NCBI GenBank assembly: GCA_045636605.1
Contig: JAZTXV010000014.1
Coordinates: forward strand, 44,557 to 108,556
Source: Eubacteriales bacterium
GTDB lineage: Bacteria; Bacillota; Clostridia; Oscillospirales; CAG-272
Length of the DNA: 64,000 bases
Direction of reading: 5' to 3'
Within the stretch, counting starts at the first letter, position 1. Each line of letters begins with the position of its first letter. Under the pieces are notes generated by a model. That model worked only from the letters and a program-made list of their open reading frames with translations. It did no database searches and was not told the DNA's origin. Below are positions 50,705-59,587 of the stretch, one piece after another. The position numbers and the translations under genes were made by a program.

Positions 50705-51691
50705 ATGGAAAACACCCAAACCGTCGCACCCGAAGCAGTCGCACCCGAAGCAGTCGCACCTCCCACCAAAAAGGAGCTTAAAATGCAAAGAAGGGAAGAG
50801 CGTGCGCTGGAAAAACGCAAGAAAAAGCAAATAAAGGCATACGAGAAGGACAAATTCCGCAGAGTCAAGGGAATCTCTCCTATGTCAAGACTTGTTCCCT
50901 ACATAATGGAGAACAGATGCGGAGCGCAAAATTTTATTTTCGACAGAATAAATATGCCCAAAATAGATGAGTATATAAGAAAAAAGCAAGCCGAGGGGCT
51001 TACGAATTTCAACATAATGCACATCATTATAGCGGCATATGTTCGTGCCTGCTCACAGCGTCCCGCAATCAATAGATTCGTGCGTGGTCAGAAGGTTTAT
51101 ACAAGAAAAAAGGTTGAATTTTCTCTTGTTGTAAAGAAGGAAATGACACTCGAATCTCCCGATACGGTAATCAAGGTCATTCTTGATCCAAGAGCAACCG
51201 CCGCCGAGGTCTACGAGCGCTTTAACGAAAAAATAGAGGGCTACCGTGAAAAGCCCGCAAGCAGCTTTGATAAGCTCGCCAAGGTGCTTAACTTCATTCC
51301 GGGAATACTCCTTCGTTGGACTATCAGATTTTTGAGATTTTTAGACTATTTTGGATTGCTCCCGAGAGCGCTTACCAAGCTTAGCCCCTTCCACGCATCT
51401 GCGTTTATCACCTCGATGGGCTCGCTCGGTATTCCACCCGTCGTTCATCATCTGTACGATTTTGGCTCACTCCCTGTATTTATCGCATTTGGCTCAAGAC
51501 AAAGAGAGCTTAAGGTAAACGAAGACGGAAGCGTAACCAAAAACAGCTATGTCGAGATTACCTACAATCTTGACGAGCGTATTTGCGACGGCTTCTACTA
51601 CGCATCTGCTCTCAAGCTAATGCGTACTTATTTCAAAAAGCCGGAGCTTCTTGACAACCCGCCGGAGCGGGTAGTGGAAGATATAAAATAA
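50705..51691 (+). CDS. Stand-alone 2-oxoacid dehydrogenase E2-like (CAT-fold) acyltransferase domain protein
   Basis: P.INRF, ITSMGSLG, LDERICDG at the position of DHRxxDG; no lipoyl domain. Confidence 0.75.
   Translation: MENTQTVAPEAVAPEAVAPPTKKELKMQRREERALEKRKKKQIKAYEKDKFRRVKGISPMSRLVPYIMENRCGAQNFIFDRINMPKIDEYIRKKQAEGLTNFNIMHIIIAAYVRACSQRPAINRFVRGQKVYTRKKVEFSLVVKKEMTLESPDTVIKVILDPRATAAEVYERFNEKIEGYREKPASSFDKLAKVLNFIPGILLRWTIRFLRFLDYFGLLPRALTKLSPFHASAFITSMGSLGIPPVVHHLYDFGSLPVFIAFGSRQRELKVNEDGSVTKNSYVEITYNLDERICDGFYYASALKLMRTYFKKPELLDNPPERVVEDIK
50723..50760 (+). repeat. 15-bp tandem repeat (VAPEA x2.5)
   Basis: gtcgcacccgaagca x2 plus gtcgcacc. Confidence 0.85.
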
Positions 51692-51705
51692 GAGTATAAT
51701 AACGC

Positions 51706-51800
51706 AAAAACGCCACCCTGTGTGGCGTTTTGATTTGCAAAGGACTGTCCCAACATGGTACAGCTTCATAAAAAAGGAAGTCCAAGGGGACTTCCTTTTT
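51706..51800. terminator. Two terminators between convergent genes
   Basis: aaaacgccac-cctgt-gtggcgtttt (51706-51731) and aaaaggaagtcc-aagg-ggacttcctttt (51771-51800). Confidence 0.75.
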
Positions 51801-51801
51801 G

Positions 51802-52323
51802 TTATTCGGGAATTATAAGACCGTAGCCACCGTTGTTGCGCTTATAAACGACACACGTCTCAAGGCTTTGCGAATCCTTGAACACGAAAAATGTATGTCC
51901 TACAAGCTCCATTTGCAAAATAGCCTCCTCAACGCTCATCGGCTTAAGGGCAAAGGTCTTTGTTCTTACATTAAAGGTGAATTCTTCTTCAACATCGGGC
52001 AAATCCTGCTCAATGGTTGTCAAGCCCTCGGAGCGAACACGGCGAGACAGACGAGTCTTGTTTTTCCTGATTTGTCTTTCCAAGGAGTCAATGGCTCTGT
52101 CAACGGAGTTGGCAAACGTGTCGCTTGCTTCTTCGGCACGGAATACAAATCCGGGAGTGCGGACAGTGATTTCAATTCTTTCCGAATTGCCTACCAACGA
52201 GAAGGTTACATCCATCTCGGCGTCGTCGGCGAAGAATTTTTCCAGCCTGGCGAGCTTTCTTTCGGTGCTTTCTCTTACAACGTCAAACAGCTTCATTTGT
52301 CTTGCAGTAAAATTCATTTTCAT
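51802..52323 (-). CDS. hpf: Ribosome hibernation promoting factor (long HPF/RaiA)
   Basis: LERQIRKNKTRL, KPMSVEEAILQMEL.GH.FFVF, VYKR..GGYGLI. Confidence 0.95.
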   Translation of the reverse strand: MKMNFTARQMKLFDVVRESTERKLARLEKFFADDAEMDVTFSLVGNSERIEITVRTPGFVFRAEEASDTFANSVDRAIDSLERQIRKNKTRLSRRVRSEGLTTIEQDLPDVEEEFTFNVRTKTFALKPMSVEEAILQMELVGHTFFVFKDSQSLETCVVYKRNNGGYGLIIPE

Positions 52324-52534
52324 AAAATCACCTCTTTTAAATTATTTTCTGTTCCACTTATATTTTACCACAATCCAAACCAAAAATAAAGATAATTTGC
52401 TAAAAAAGCGAACGATTTTTGAAAAATATCACATACTAACCACATGCAGAACCAAAACGTAAAATATTTTTCGGGAAAATAAAATTATGCCTTTACTTTT
52501 TAAATAGGGTATGATATACTAAGAGGGTAGGTAA

Positions 52535-53749
52535 ATGAAGGAAATTGAAAAAAATGCAATAGTGGGCCAATCGGGCGGACCGACAGCGGCAATTAACGCA
52601 ACGCTTTTTGGTGTGATTTGCGCCTGCTATGATAGCAAAAATCGAATAAAACGTCTGTACGGCATGAAAAACGGCATAGAAGGGCTTTTGAGGGAGGATT
52701 TGGTCAACCTTTTTTCTTTTTGTGAGGATAAGGAGCGCCTTGAGCTTTTGAAATCCACTCCCGCAAGTGCGCTCGGCTCGTGCCGAATGAGGCTTCCGGA
52801 TAGCTTTGATGAAAAAATTTACCAAAGAGTGCTTGAAATTTTGGAAGGGCACGGCGTCGGCTACTTTTTTTACATTGGTGGCAACGATTCAATGGATACC
52901 GTAAATAAGCTCTCTCTGTATGCCAAAAGCATATCGTCGGACATCAAATTTATAGGAATACCCAAGACAATCGACAATGATTTACCGCAAACAGACCACA
53001 CCCCCGGCTATGGCTCTTGTGCAAAATTCGTTGCTACCGTCACAAGAGAAATTCTTCGTGATACATCGTCATACACAACACCAAGCGTCACCGTAATCGA
53101 GGTTATGGGCAGACACACGGGCTGGCTTGGACTTGCTGCGGCTCTCGCATCTGACAACGGTGCGAAGCTTGACGGAATTTACCTGCCGGAAATCCCGTTT
53201 TCAAGAGAAAAATTCCTCTCTGATATACGAAAAGCGCTCTTTGAGCATCCAAACGTCGTAGTTTGCGTTTGCGAGGGCATAAAGGACGAAAAAGGGGAGT
53301 ATGTATTTGAAAAACATCAAACGGATAGCTTCGGAAACACCTATTTGTCGGGCGTTGGGCAGATGCTTGTCCGCTTGATAAAGGAAAAAATAGGGTGTAA
53401 GGCTCGCTCGGTTGAGCTTAGCCTCACTCAAAGATGCTCGGCGCATATCGCATCGGGCGCTGACATTGAGCAAAGCGTTAAAATCGGCATGGCAAGTGTC
53501 GAGCTCGCCCTTGACGGCAAAACCGCTGTAATGAGCGCCTATAAAAGAACCGACACAGGTGATATGGAGGTTATTCCCGTACCTGTCGGCGAGTGTGCAA
53601 GCAAAACTAAGCCCGTGCCACGTGAGTATATAAGCGAGTGCGGCACAAAAATCACACAAAAGGGCATAGATTATCTAAAACCGCTGATAAGCGCAGAGCA
53701 TTATCCGTGTTACCGTGACGGATTGCCTTGCCATTTCATAATTGACTAA
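52535..53749 (+). CDS. pfp: PPi-dependent phosphofructokinase
   Basis: GQSGGPT..IN, IGGNDSMDT, PKTIDNDL (Asp/Lys specificity residues), EVMGR. Confidence 0.85.
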   Translation: MKEIEKNAIVGQSGGPTAAINATLFGVICACYDSKNRIKRLYGMKNGIEGLLREDLVNLFSFCEDKERLELLKSTPASALGSCRMRLPDSFDEKIYQRVLEILEGHGVGYFFYIGGNDSMDTVNKLSLYAKSISSDIKFIGIPKTIDNDLPQTDHTPGYGSCAKFVATVTREILRDTSSYTTPSVTVIEVMGRHTGWLGLAAALASDNGAKLDGIYLPEIPFSREKFLSDIRKALFEHPNVVVCVCEGIKDEKGEYVFEKHQTDSFGNTYLSGVGQMLVRLIKEKIGCKARSVELSLTQRCSAHIASGADIEQSVKIGMASVELALDGKTAVMSAYKRTDTGDMEVIPVPVGECASKTKPVPREYISECGTKITQKGIDYLKPLISAEHYPCYRDGLPCHFIID

Positions 53750-53763
53750 AAGAGGGACACAGT

Positions 53764-55251
53764 ATGTACAAAATCGGCTTTGACAACGACAAATACCTTA
53801 AACTGCAATCAGAGAGAATCAAGCAGAGAATTGCACGCTTCGGCGGCAAGCTTTATCTCGAATTCGGTGGCAAGCTTTTTGACGACCACCACGCATCGAG
53901 AGTTCTGCCCGGCTTCGCTCCCGACAGTAAAATCAGAATGCTCGCCGAGCTTAAGGACGAGGCTGAGATAATAATCGCAATTAACGCAACCGATATCGAA
54001 AAGAACAAGGTGCGTGGCGACCTCGGCATCACCTATGACCTTGACGTTTTGCGCTTGATTGATGCATTCCGTGGATTTGGCCTGTATGTCGGAAGCGTTG
54101 TTTTGACAAGATATGCCTCATCATCTGTTGTAGAGGCATTCAAGGCAAAGCTTGAGGCGCTTGGACTGAAGGTTTATAAGCATTTTGAAATAGAAAACTA
54201 TCCCTACGATATCGACTATGTCGTCAGCGACGAGGGCTACGGCAAAAACGAATATATAGAAACAACAAGGTCGCTCGTTGTTGTCACCGCACCCGGTCCC
54301 GGAAGCGGAAAAATGGCAACCTGCCTATCTCAAATATACCACGAGTCAAAGCGTGGAATCAAATCGGGATATGCAAAGTTTGAAACCTTCCCAATTTGGA
54401 ACATTCCTCTTGACCACCCCGTAAACGAGGCGTATGAGGCGGCAACCGCAGACCTGAGCGATATAAATATGATAGATCCGTATCACCTTCAGGCGTACGG
54501 CGTTACCACCGTCAACTATAACAGAGATGTTGAAATTTTCCCCGTTCTTCGTGCAATGTACGAGGGAATTTTGGGCGAATGTCCTTATAAATCCCCGACA
54601 GATATGGGCGTAAATATGGCAGGAGATTGTATCTTCGACGACGAGGCTGTAAGAGCCGCCGCAAGACGTGAGATTATAAGACGCTATTACAACGCCCTGT
54701 GTAATCAAAGAAAGGGAAGTAATTGCACAACCGAAATAAATAAAATCAAGCTCATAATGAAAAATAGCGGAATTGATATTCCGACCGAGCGTCCCTGCAT
54801 AAAGGTGGCGCTTGATAAGGCTCAGAAAACAGGAGCGCCTGCCGCCGCAATTGAGCTTTGCGATGGAAGAATAGTCACAGGAAAAACATCTGCGCTTCTC
54901 GGTGCGTCAAGCGCCGCATTGATCAACGCAATCAAGACGATTGCGGGCATCGCCGACGAAACTGATATAATCTCCCCCGAGGTTCTCGAGCCTGTTCAAA
55001 GGCTTAAGGTTGAAAATCTTGGAAATCATAACCCGAGACTACATACAGACGAGGTTCTTATCGCTCTTGCTATCACCGCTGCAACAAGCCCCGAGGCAAA
55101 AAGAGCAATGGAGGCCCTGGCACAGCTCAAGAACGCAGAGCTTCACTCAAGCGTAATCCTCTCTCCTGTCGATGTGGCTACGTTCCGTAAGCTCGGAGTA
55201 AACCTTACCTGCGAGGCACAATATCAGACGAAGAAATTATTTCATGGATAA
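53764..55251 (+). CDS. DUF1846-family P-loop protein
   Basis: KLYLEFGGKL.DD.HA.RVLPG, TAPGPGSGKMAT, AKFETFPIWN. Confidence 0.88.
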   Translation: MYKIGFDNDKYLKLQSERIKQRIARFGGKLYLEFGGKLFDDHHASRVLPGFAPDSKIRMLAELKDEAEIIIAINATDIEKNKVRGDLGITYDLDVLRLIDAFRGFGLYVGSVVLTRYASSSVVEAFKAKLEALGLKVYKHFEIENYPYDIDYVVSDEGYGKNEYIETTRSLVVVTAPGPGSGKMATCLSQIYHESKRGIKSGYAKFETFPIWNIPLDHPVNEAYEAATADLSDINMIDPYHLQAYGVTTVNYNRDVEIFPVLRAMYEGILGECPYKSPTDMGVNMAGDCIFDDEAVRAAARREIIRRYYNALCNQRKGSNCTTEINKIKLIMKNSGIDIPTERPCIKVALDKAQKTGAPAAAIELCDGRIVTGKTSALLGASSAALINAIKTIAGIADETDIISPEVLEPVQRLKVENLGNHNPRLHTDEVLIALAITAATSPEAKRAMEALAQLKNAELHSSVILSPVDVATFRKLGVNLTCEAQYQTKKLFHG

Positions 55252-55671
55252 TTTCGGTCATTTATAGCGTCGCAATGCTGCGTTGCTCCCGAATGCCGAC
55301 CTCGTCGTACACCGAGTACGCCATCGCCCAAGGAAAAAGCAGAGCCTAGCACAACTTGTTCTAAATGTCCGAAATTTAAGGTCATTCAATACTGCGTTGC
55401 TCCCGAATGCCGACCTCGTCGTACGCCGGTAGTACGACATCGTCCGCCATTCTTGCGGTGCGCCTCGCACTGGGGTTCCCCGAAGTGAGCAAAGCGAGGT
55501 TTGGGGGTTCGCAGGATTGCTTGCTCTAAATGTCCGAAATGGAATGGCGGGAAATTGATAGCATCGTTCTGCGTCGTTACTTGCTTTTCCCTTGACCTTG
55601 TCGTACACCGAGTACGCCATCGCCCAAGGAAAAAGCAGAGCCTAGCACAACTTGTTCTAAATGCCCGAAAT
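55251..55671. repeat. Cluster of three imperfect palindromic (REP/MITE-like) units
   Basis: 33-bp identical repeat at 55278-55310 and 55392-55424; 72-bp repeat (1 mismatch) at 55304-55375 and 55600-55671; common end TCTAAATGYCCGAAAT three times. Confidence 0.85.
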
Positions 55672-55720
55672 CTATCGGATGAAATTTTGAACGAATGAAG
55701 CTTTTATTGCCAATAAAACA

Positions 55721-55749
55721 CAAAAACCGACACTCTGTGTCGGTTTTTG
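55721..55749. terminator. Bidirectional terminator
   Basis: caaaaaccgacac-tct-gtgtcggtttttg. Confidence 0.8.
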
Positions 55750-55806
55750 CATTTTTATTTATTTTTATATGTGCTTACTTTTTTCTTCTCCTAAAGAAAA
55801 AGTAAG

Positions 55807-57972
55807 TTAGCTAATCGTTTTCTTGCCTATCTGGCACACCTCGAGGACCTTGGAGCGAAGCAGGGAGTTTTCGTCACTTGACAAATCTCTGTCGAGTGCG
55901 AGAATAGCTCTTGCGCTTTCAAATGCGGAATGGAGAAGTGCTTCGTCCGAGCACGATTTGGCAATAGTGAAGCCAATCTCACCCGATTGACGAATAGACG
56001 CAGAGGAAGAGAAGAAATCACCCGGACCACGCATTTTGAGGTCGCGCTCGGCAATCGTGTAGCCGTCATAGGTTGTACGCATAATCTCAAGGCGCTCACG
56101 GCTTCTTTCGCTATGCGATGAGGAAACGAGAACACAATAGGATTGCGCTTGACCACGACCGACACGGCCACGAAGCTGATGAAGCTGAGAAAGCCCAAAG
56201 CGCTCGGCATTTTCGACAATCATAAGCGTCGCATTGGGAACATTTACGCCGACCTCGATAACCGTGGTGGAAACCAAAACGTCAATTTTACCGTTTGCAA
56301 ACTCCATCATAACGGCATCCTTTTCGTGCGCCTTCATTTTGCCGTGCAAGAATTCAACTCTTAAATCGGGTAGCTCCTCGGATAGCACACGGGAATATTC
56401 AACTGCGGATTTGAGGGGGGGTGTATCGTTAAAATCAATAATAAACGGATTAAAATCTGCGCTTTCGAGGATGTCATCCTTCTTTTCCTCAACACTTGGA
56501 CATACAACGTAAGCCTGATGCCCCTCGGACACCTGCTTGCGTATAAAGGCGTTAAGACGGGCGCGGTAGCTTTCGTCAACAACGAACGTGTCAACTCTTT
56601 TTCTGCCCTTCGGCATCTCGTCAATGAGCGAGATATCAAGGTCGCCGTATATCATAAGCGAGAGCGTGCGTGGAATAGGAGTGGCGCTCATAACAAGCAC
56701 GTGAGCGCATTTGCTCTTTTCCGCAAGACGAGCCCTTTGCATAACGCCAAAACGATGCTGCTCGTCGGTAATAACAAGACCAAGACGGCTAAACTCAACA
56801 CCCGTTTGAATAAGGGCGTGAGTGCCGATAACAAATTGCGTTTTTCCGTTTTTCAAGCGCTCAAGTATTTGCTTTTTAGCCTTTGCGGGCGTTGATCCGG
56901 TAAGAAGCTCGCACGAAATTCCAACCGACTCAAGCAAGGGACATAAATCCTCAAAGTGCTGAAAGGCAAGAATTTCCGTTGGCACCATAAGGGCGCATTG
57001 ATATCCACCCTTGCAGGCAATATATGCGGCAACGGCGGCGCAAATCGTCTTTCCGCTACCAACGTCGCCAACGATAATTCTGTTCATTTGCTTGGTAGTG
57101 AATTTTTCTGCGACATAAGCATCCTCGCTTGCGTTTGAAGATGCGAATTTGCGACACATATCGCCCTCTATTTCTGCAATCGTCCGCCTTTGTGCGCCTG
57201 TCAGCTCATAAGGAAGAGAGGACAACAGCGCAGTCAAATCCTGCCTTGGCATAATCGGCGCATCGGATGACGAGGATGCTTGCCTCATCTGCGAAAGGGA
57301 GAGAGCAAATACGAACAGCTCGTCAAAGGTAAGACGGCGAATTGCGTGATTCAACGCCTCGTCACTTTCGGGAAAGTGAATATTTTCAAGCGCATAGCTA
57401 AGGGTACAAAGCTTGTTTTCGAGTCTTATGCTCTCAGGTAAATAGTCGCAAATAAGCGAGGGAAGCTCACCTCTTAGCTGCGCAAGAAGCTTCGCCAAAT
57501 ATTTTTGGTTCACCCCTGAAAACAGCGGATAAACCGATACGTAGGGCTCAAGCGGCTTGGATGGCAGGCAAGGCTCGTAGGATGGAGAATTCATACACAG
57601 AGTACGCTTTTCCTGCGTTATCTTGCCCCAAAACCTAAAGACAGCGCCGGTCTTGAACACATCCTTCAAATACGATTGGTTGAAAAACGTAATCGTCACC
57701 GTTCCGCTTTCGTCAAACGCCTTGAACTTAAGAATGTTAAGCCCACGGCGAATATCTGCACTCTTGGCATCTGAGGAAACGGTCAAAATATACGAGTGAG
57801 GCTCGCCGTCAACGGACAAATCTGCAACCCTGCGAACATCCCCTCGATTTTGATAAGCACGGGGAAAATAATACAGCAGATCCCTTACCGTATATATGGA
57901 ATTGGAATTAAAATACTTTTCATATTTCGGACCGACTCCGTAAAGAGCGCCAATAGGTGTGTCAAGCGTCAT
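55807..57972 (-). CDS. recG: ATP-dependent DNA helicase RecG
   Basis: GDVGSGKT, DEQHRFG, SATPIPR, QLRGRVGRG, RGPG. Confidence 0.97.
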   Translation of the reverse strand: MTLDTPIGALYGVGPKYEKYFNSNSIYTVRDLLYYFPRAYQNRGDVRRVADLSVDGEPHSYILTVSSDAKSADIRRGLNILKFKAFDESGTVTITFFNQSYLKDVFKTGAVFRFWGKITQEKRTLCMNSPSYEPCLPSKPLEPYVSVYPLFSGVNQKYLAKLLAQLRGELPSLICDYLPESIRLENKLCTLSYALENIHFPESDEALNHAIRRLTFDELFVFALSLSQMRQASSSSDAPIMPRQDLTALLSSLPYELTGAQRRTIAEIEGDMCRKFASSNASEDAYVAEKFTTKQMNRIIVGDVGSGKTICAAVAAYIACKGGYQCALMVPTEILAFQHFEDLCPLLESVGISCELLTGSTPAKAKKQILERLKNGKTQFVIGTHALIQTGVEFSRLGLVITDEQHRFGVMQRARLAEKSKCAHVLVMSATPIPRTLSLMIYGDLDISLIDEMPKGRKRVDTFVVDESYRARLNAFIRKQVSEGHQAYVVCPSVEEKKDDILESADFNPFIIDFNDTPPLKSAVEYSRVLSEELPDLRVEFLHGKMKAHEKDAVMMEFANGKIDVLVSTTVIEVGVNVPNATLMIVENAERFGLSQLHQLRGRVGRGQAQSYCVLVSSSHSERSRERLEIMRTTYDGYTIAERDLKMRGPGDFFSSSASIRQSGEIGFTIAKSCSDEALLHSAFESARAILALDRDLSSDENSLLRSKVLEVCQIGKKTIS

Positions 57973-58019
57973 AAATTTTCCCCCTTTCTCGTTTAATAAT
58001 TCGGTTCAAATTTGAAAAC

Positions 58020-58043
58020 AAAAGCGTGGAAAACCACGCTTTT
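58020..58043 (-). terminator. Terminator after ROK kinase
   Basis: aaaagcgtgg-aaaa-ccacgctttt. Confidence 0.75.
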
Positions 58044-58050
58044 ATCATTT

Positions 58051-59013
58051 TTACATTCCCAATGATGCTGCGCCAACAATGCCCGCATCGTTTCCAAGCT
58101 CTGCAATCTTGATTTGCGTCTGCTTGGAGGGATCCTTTGAATATGTTTCGGCGAATACCTTAGCCTTAAGCGGAACGAGAAGGTAGTCCCTTTCGTTGCA
58201 AACACCGCCACCGATACTGAGAACGTTCGGCTGGAAGATGTTAATTATGGTAGCTACACCGCTTGCAAGATAACTGATATATTCTTCAACGATTTGAGCG
58301 CCAAGCTCGTCGCCCTGCTTCATAGCCGCAAAGGCAACACGGGCGTTCACTCTGTCGAGATCACCCTCAATCATATCGTCGATAAGGGAATGAACACCTC
58401 TTGCTCTTGCCTCGAGAAGCCTTTCCTTTGTCATATTAACAAGACCGGTAGCAGAGCTGTAAGCCTCCCAACAGCCCTTTCTGCCACAAGAGCAGGGCTT
58501 TCCGTCCTTTTGAATAACAATGTGTCCAAGCTCAGCGCCTGCGTGATTGAAGCCGGAGTAAACCTTGCCGTCAATTACAATACCACCGCCAAGACCTGTG
58601 CCGAGAGTAATCATAACAGAATACTTAGAACCCCTGGCCGCACCTGCAACCGCCTCGGCCTTAGCCGCCGCATTTGCATCATTCTCTATGTAAACAGTCT
58701 TAACTCCAAGATATTCCTTAAGCAAATCTGCGATAGGGAAGTTCTTAAAGGGAAGGTTGTTTGCATATTCGACCACACCCGTTTCCGAGTTGGCAGTTCC
58801 GGGAGTTGCAATACCCGCATACTCAATGTCGTCAACAGTCAAGCCTGCTTCGTCGAGAAGCCTTTGGCAAAGAGCCGCCATGTCCTTAATGATAAGCTTG
58901 CCGTCTCTGTTAGCCAATGTGGGAACAGAGCCCTTAAACAAGATTTTGCAATTTTCGTCAACAATACCTGCGGCAATGTTTGTTCCGCCGAGGTCTATAC
59001 CGATATAATACAT
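58051..59013 (-). CDS. ROK-family sugar kinase (glucokinase-like)
   Basis: GIDLGGT, ENDANAAA, GTGLGGG, ELGH, CSCGRKGCWE; no HTH; RBS AGGAG. Confidence 0.92.
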   Translation of the reverse strand: MYYIGIDLGGTNIAAGIVDENCKILFKGSVPTLANRDGKLIIKDMAALCQRLLDEAGLTVDDIEYAGIATPGTANSETGVVEYANNLPFKNFPIADLLKEYLGVKTVYIENDANAAAKAEAVAGAARGSKYSVMITLGTGLGGGIVIDGKVYSGFNHAGAELGHIVIQKDGKPCSCGRKGCWEAYSSATGLVNMTKERLLEARARGVHSLIDDMIEGDLDRVNARVAFAAMKQGDELGAQIVEEYISYLASGVATIINIFQPNVLSIGGGVCNERDYLLVPLKAKVFAETYSKDPSKQTQIKIAELGNDAGIVGAASLGM

Positions 59014-59467
59014 TTTCGTTCTCCTGTGATTTGGTAATTTAGTGTTCGGCTTGGATGAAAAATCCAACCATACCTTATTTTACCCCATCGCATAGGTGTA
59101 TGTCAAGTGCTACGGAAAAAAAGATTAAAAATATTACGAAAATAAGGGCCGAGTGCCAAAATTCCGCCATTTTTTGCAAGGACCGTGAAAAAACGCCAAA
59201 AAAGTTTGGATGTTTGTCTAAAATGTCGAAAACAAGCCTCGATTTTTGTGCAATATTCACAATTAACATTTAAAAATAATGTTCACATTAAGTTCACAAA
59301 TTTTCCTATTCAAATCCATATTGCGCCGTTCCTAAGCGGGAAAACGCCGTTTTTTGCCAAAATTTCCAATGTCAAAAAAATTTACATTTTGTTAATAATA
59401 AACAAAATTCGAAGAGAGCGAAAAAAACCAAAAAAATCGCACGTTTTTTAATATAAAAAAGAAGTGC

Positions 59468-59496
59468 TTGACTTTAGCCCTTGCGTGTGATAGAAT
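59468..59496 (+). promoter_or_regulatory. SigA promoter of the carbohydrate ABC operon
   Basis: TTGACT-17 bp-TAGAAT with TG extension. Confidence 0.65.
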
Positions 59497-59587
59497 TACT
59501 TTGCATAAAATGTCGCTCGTACGCACACGTATAAGCGCCATACCGCCTCGCTCGGCGGGAATAAATTTGCAAAAATGGAGGTTTCTT

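Noticed and set aside
52324..52534. raiA-motif RNA upstream of hpf
   Set aside because: Region is AT-rich promoter sequence with no extensive GC-rich pairing
55251..55671. CRISPR array interpretation of the repeat cluster
   Set aside because: Spacing is 131-165 bp, the intervening sequences are themselves duplicated and palindromic, and no cas genes are present
55258..55698. ORFs 55258-55620 (-) and 55501-55698 (+)
   Set aside because: They are translations of the DNA repeats, with no RBS or protein-like features
59468..59587. N-terminal 40-aa extension of the SBP in the ORF track (and similar early starts for adk, yloC, pdp, deoB, deoC, ROK kinase)
   Set aside because: The downstream ATGs have the RBS and/or match the family N-terminus; the 59468 TTG is the -35 box
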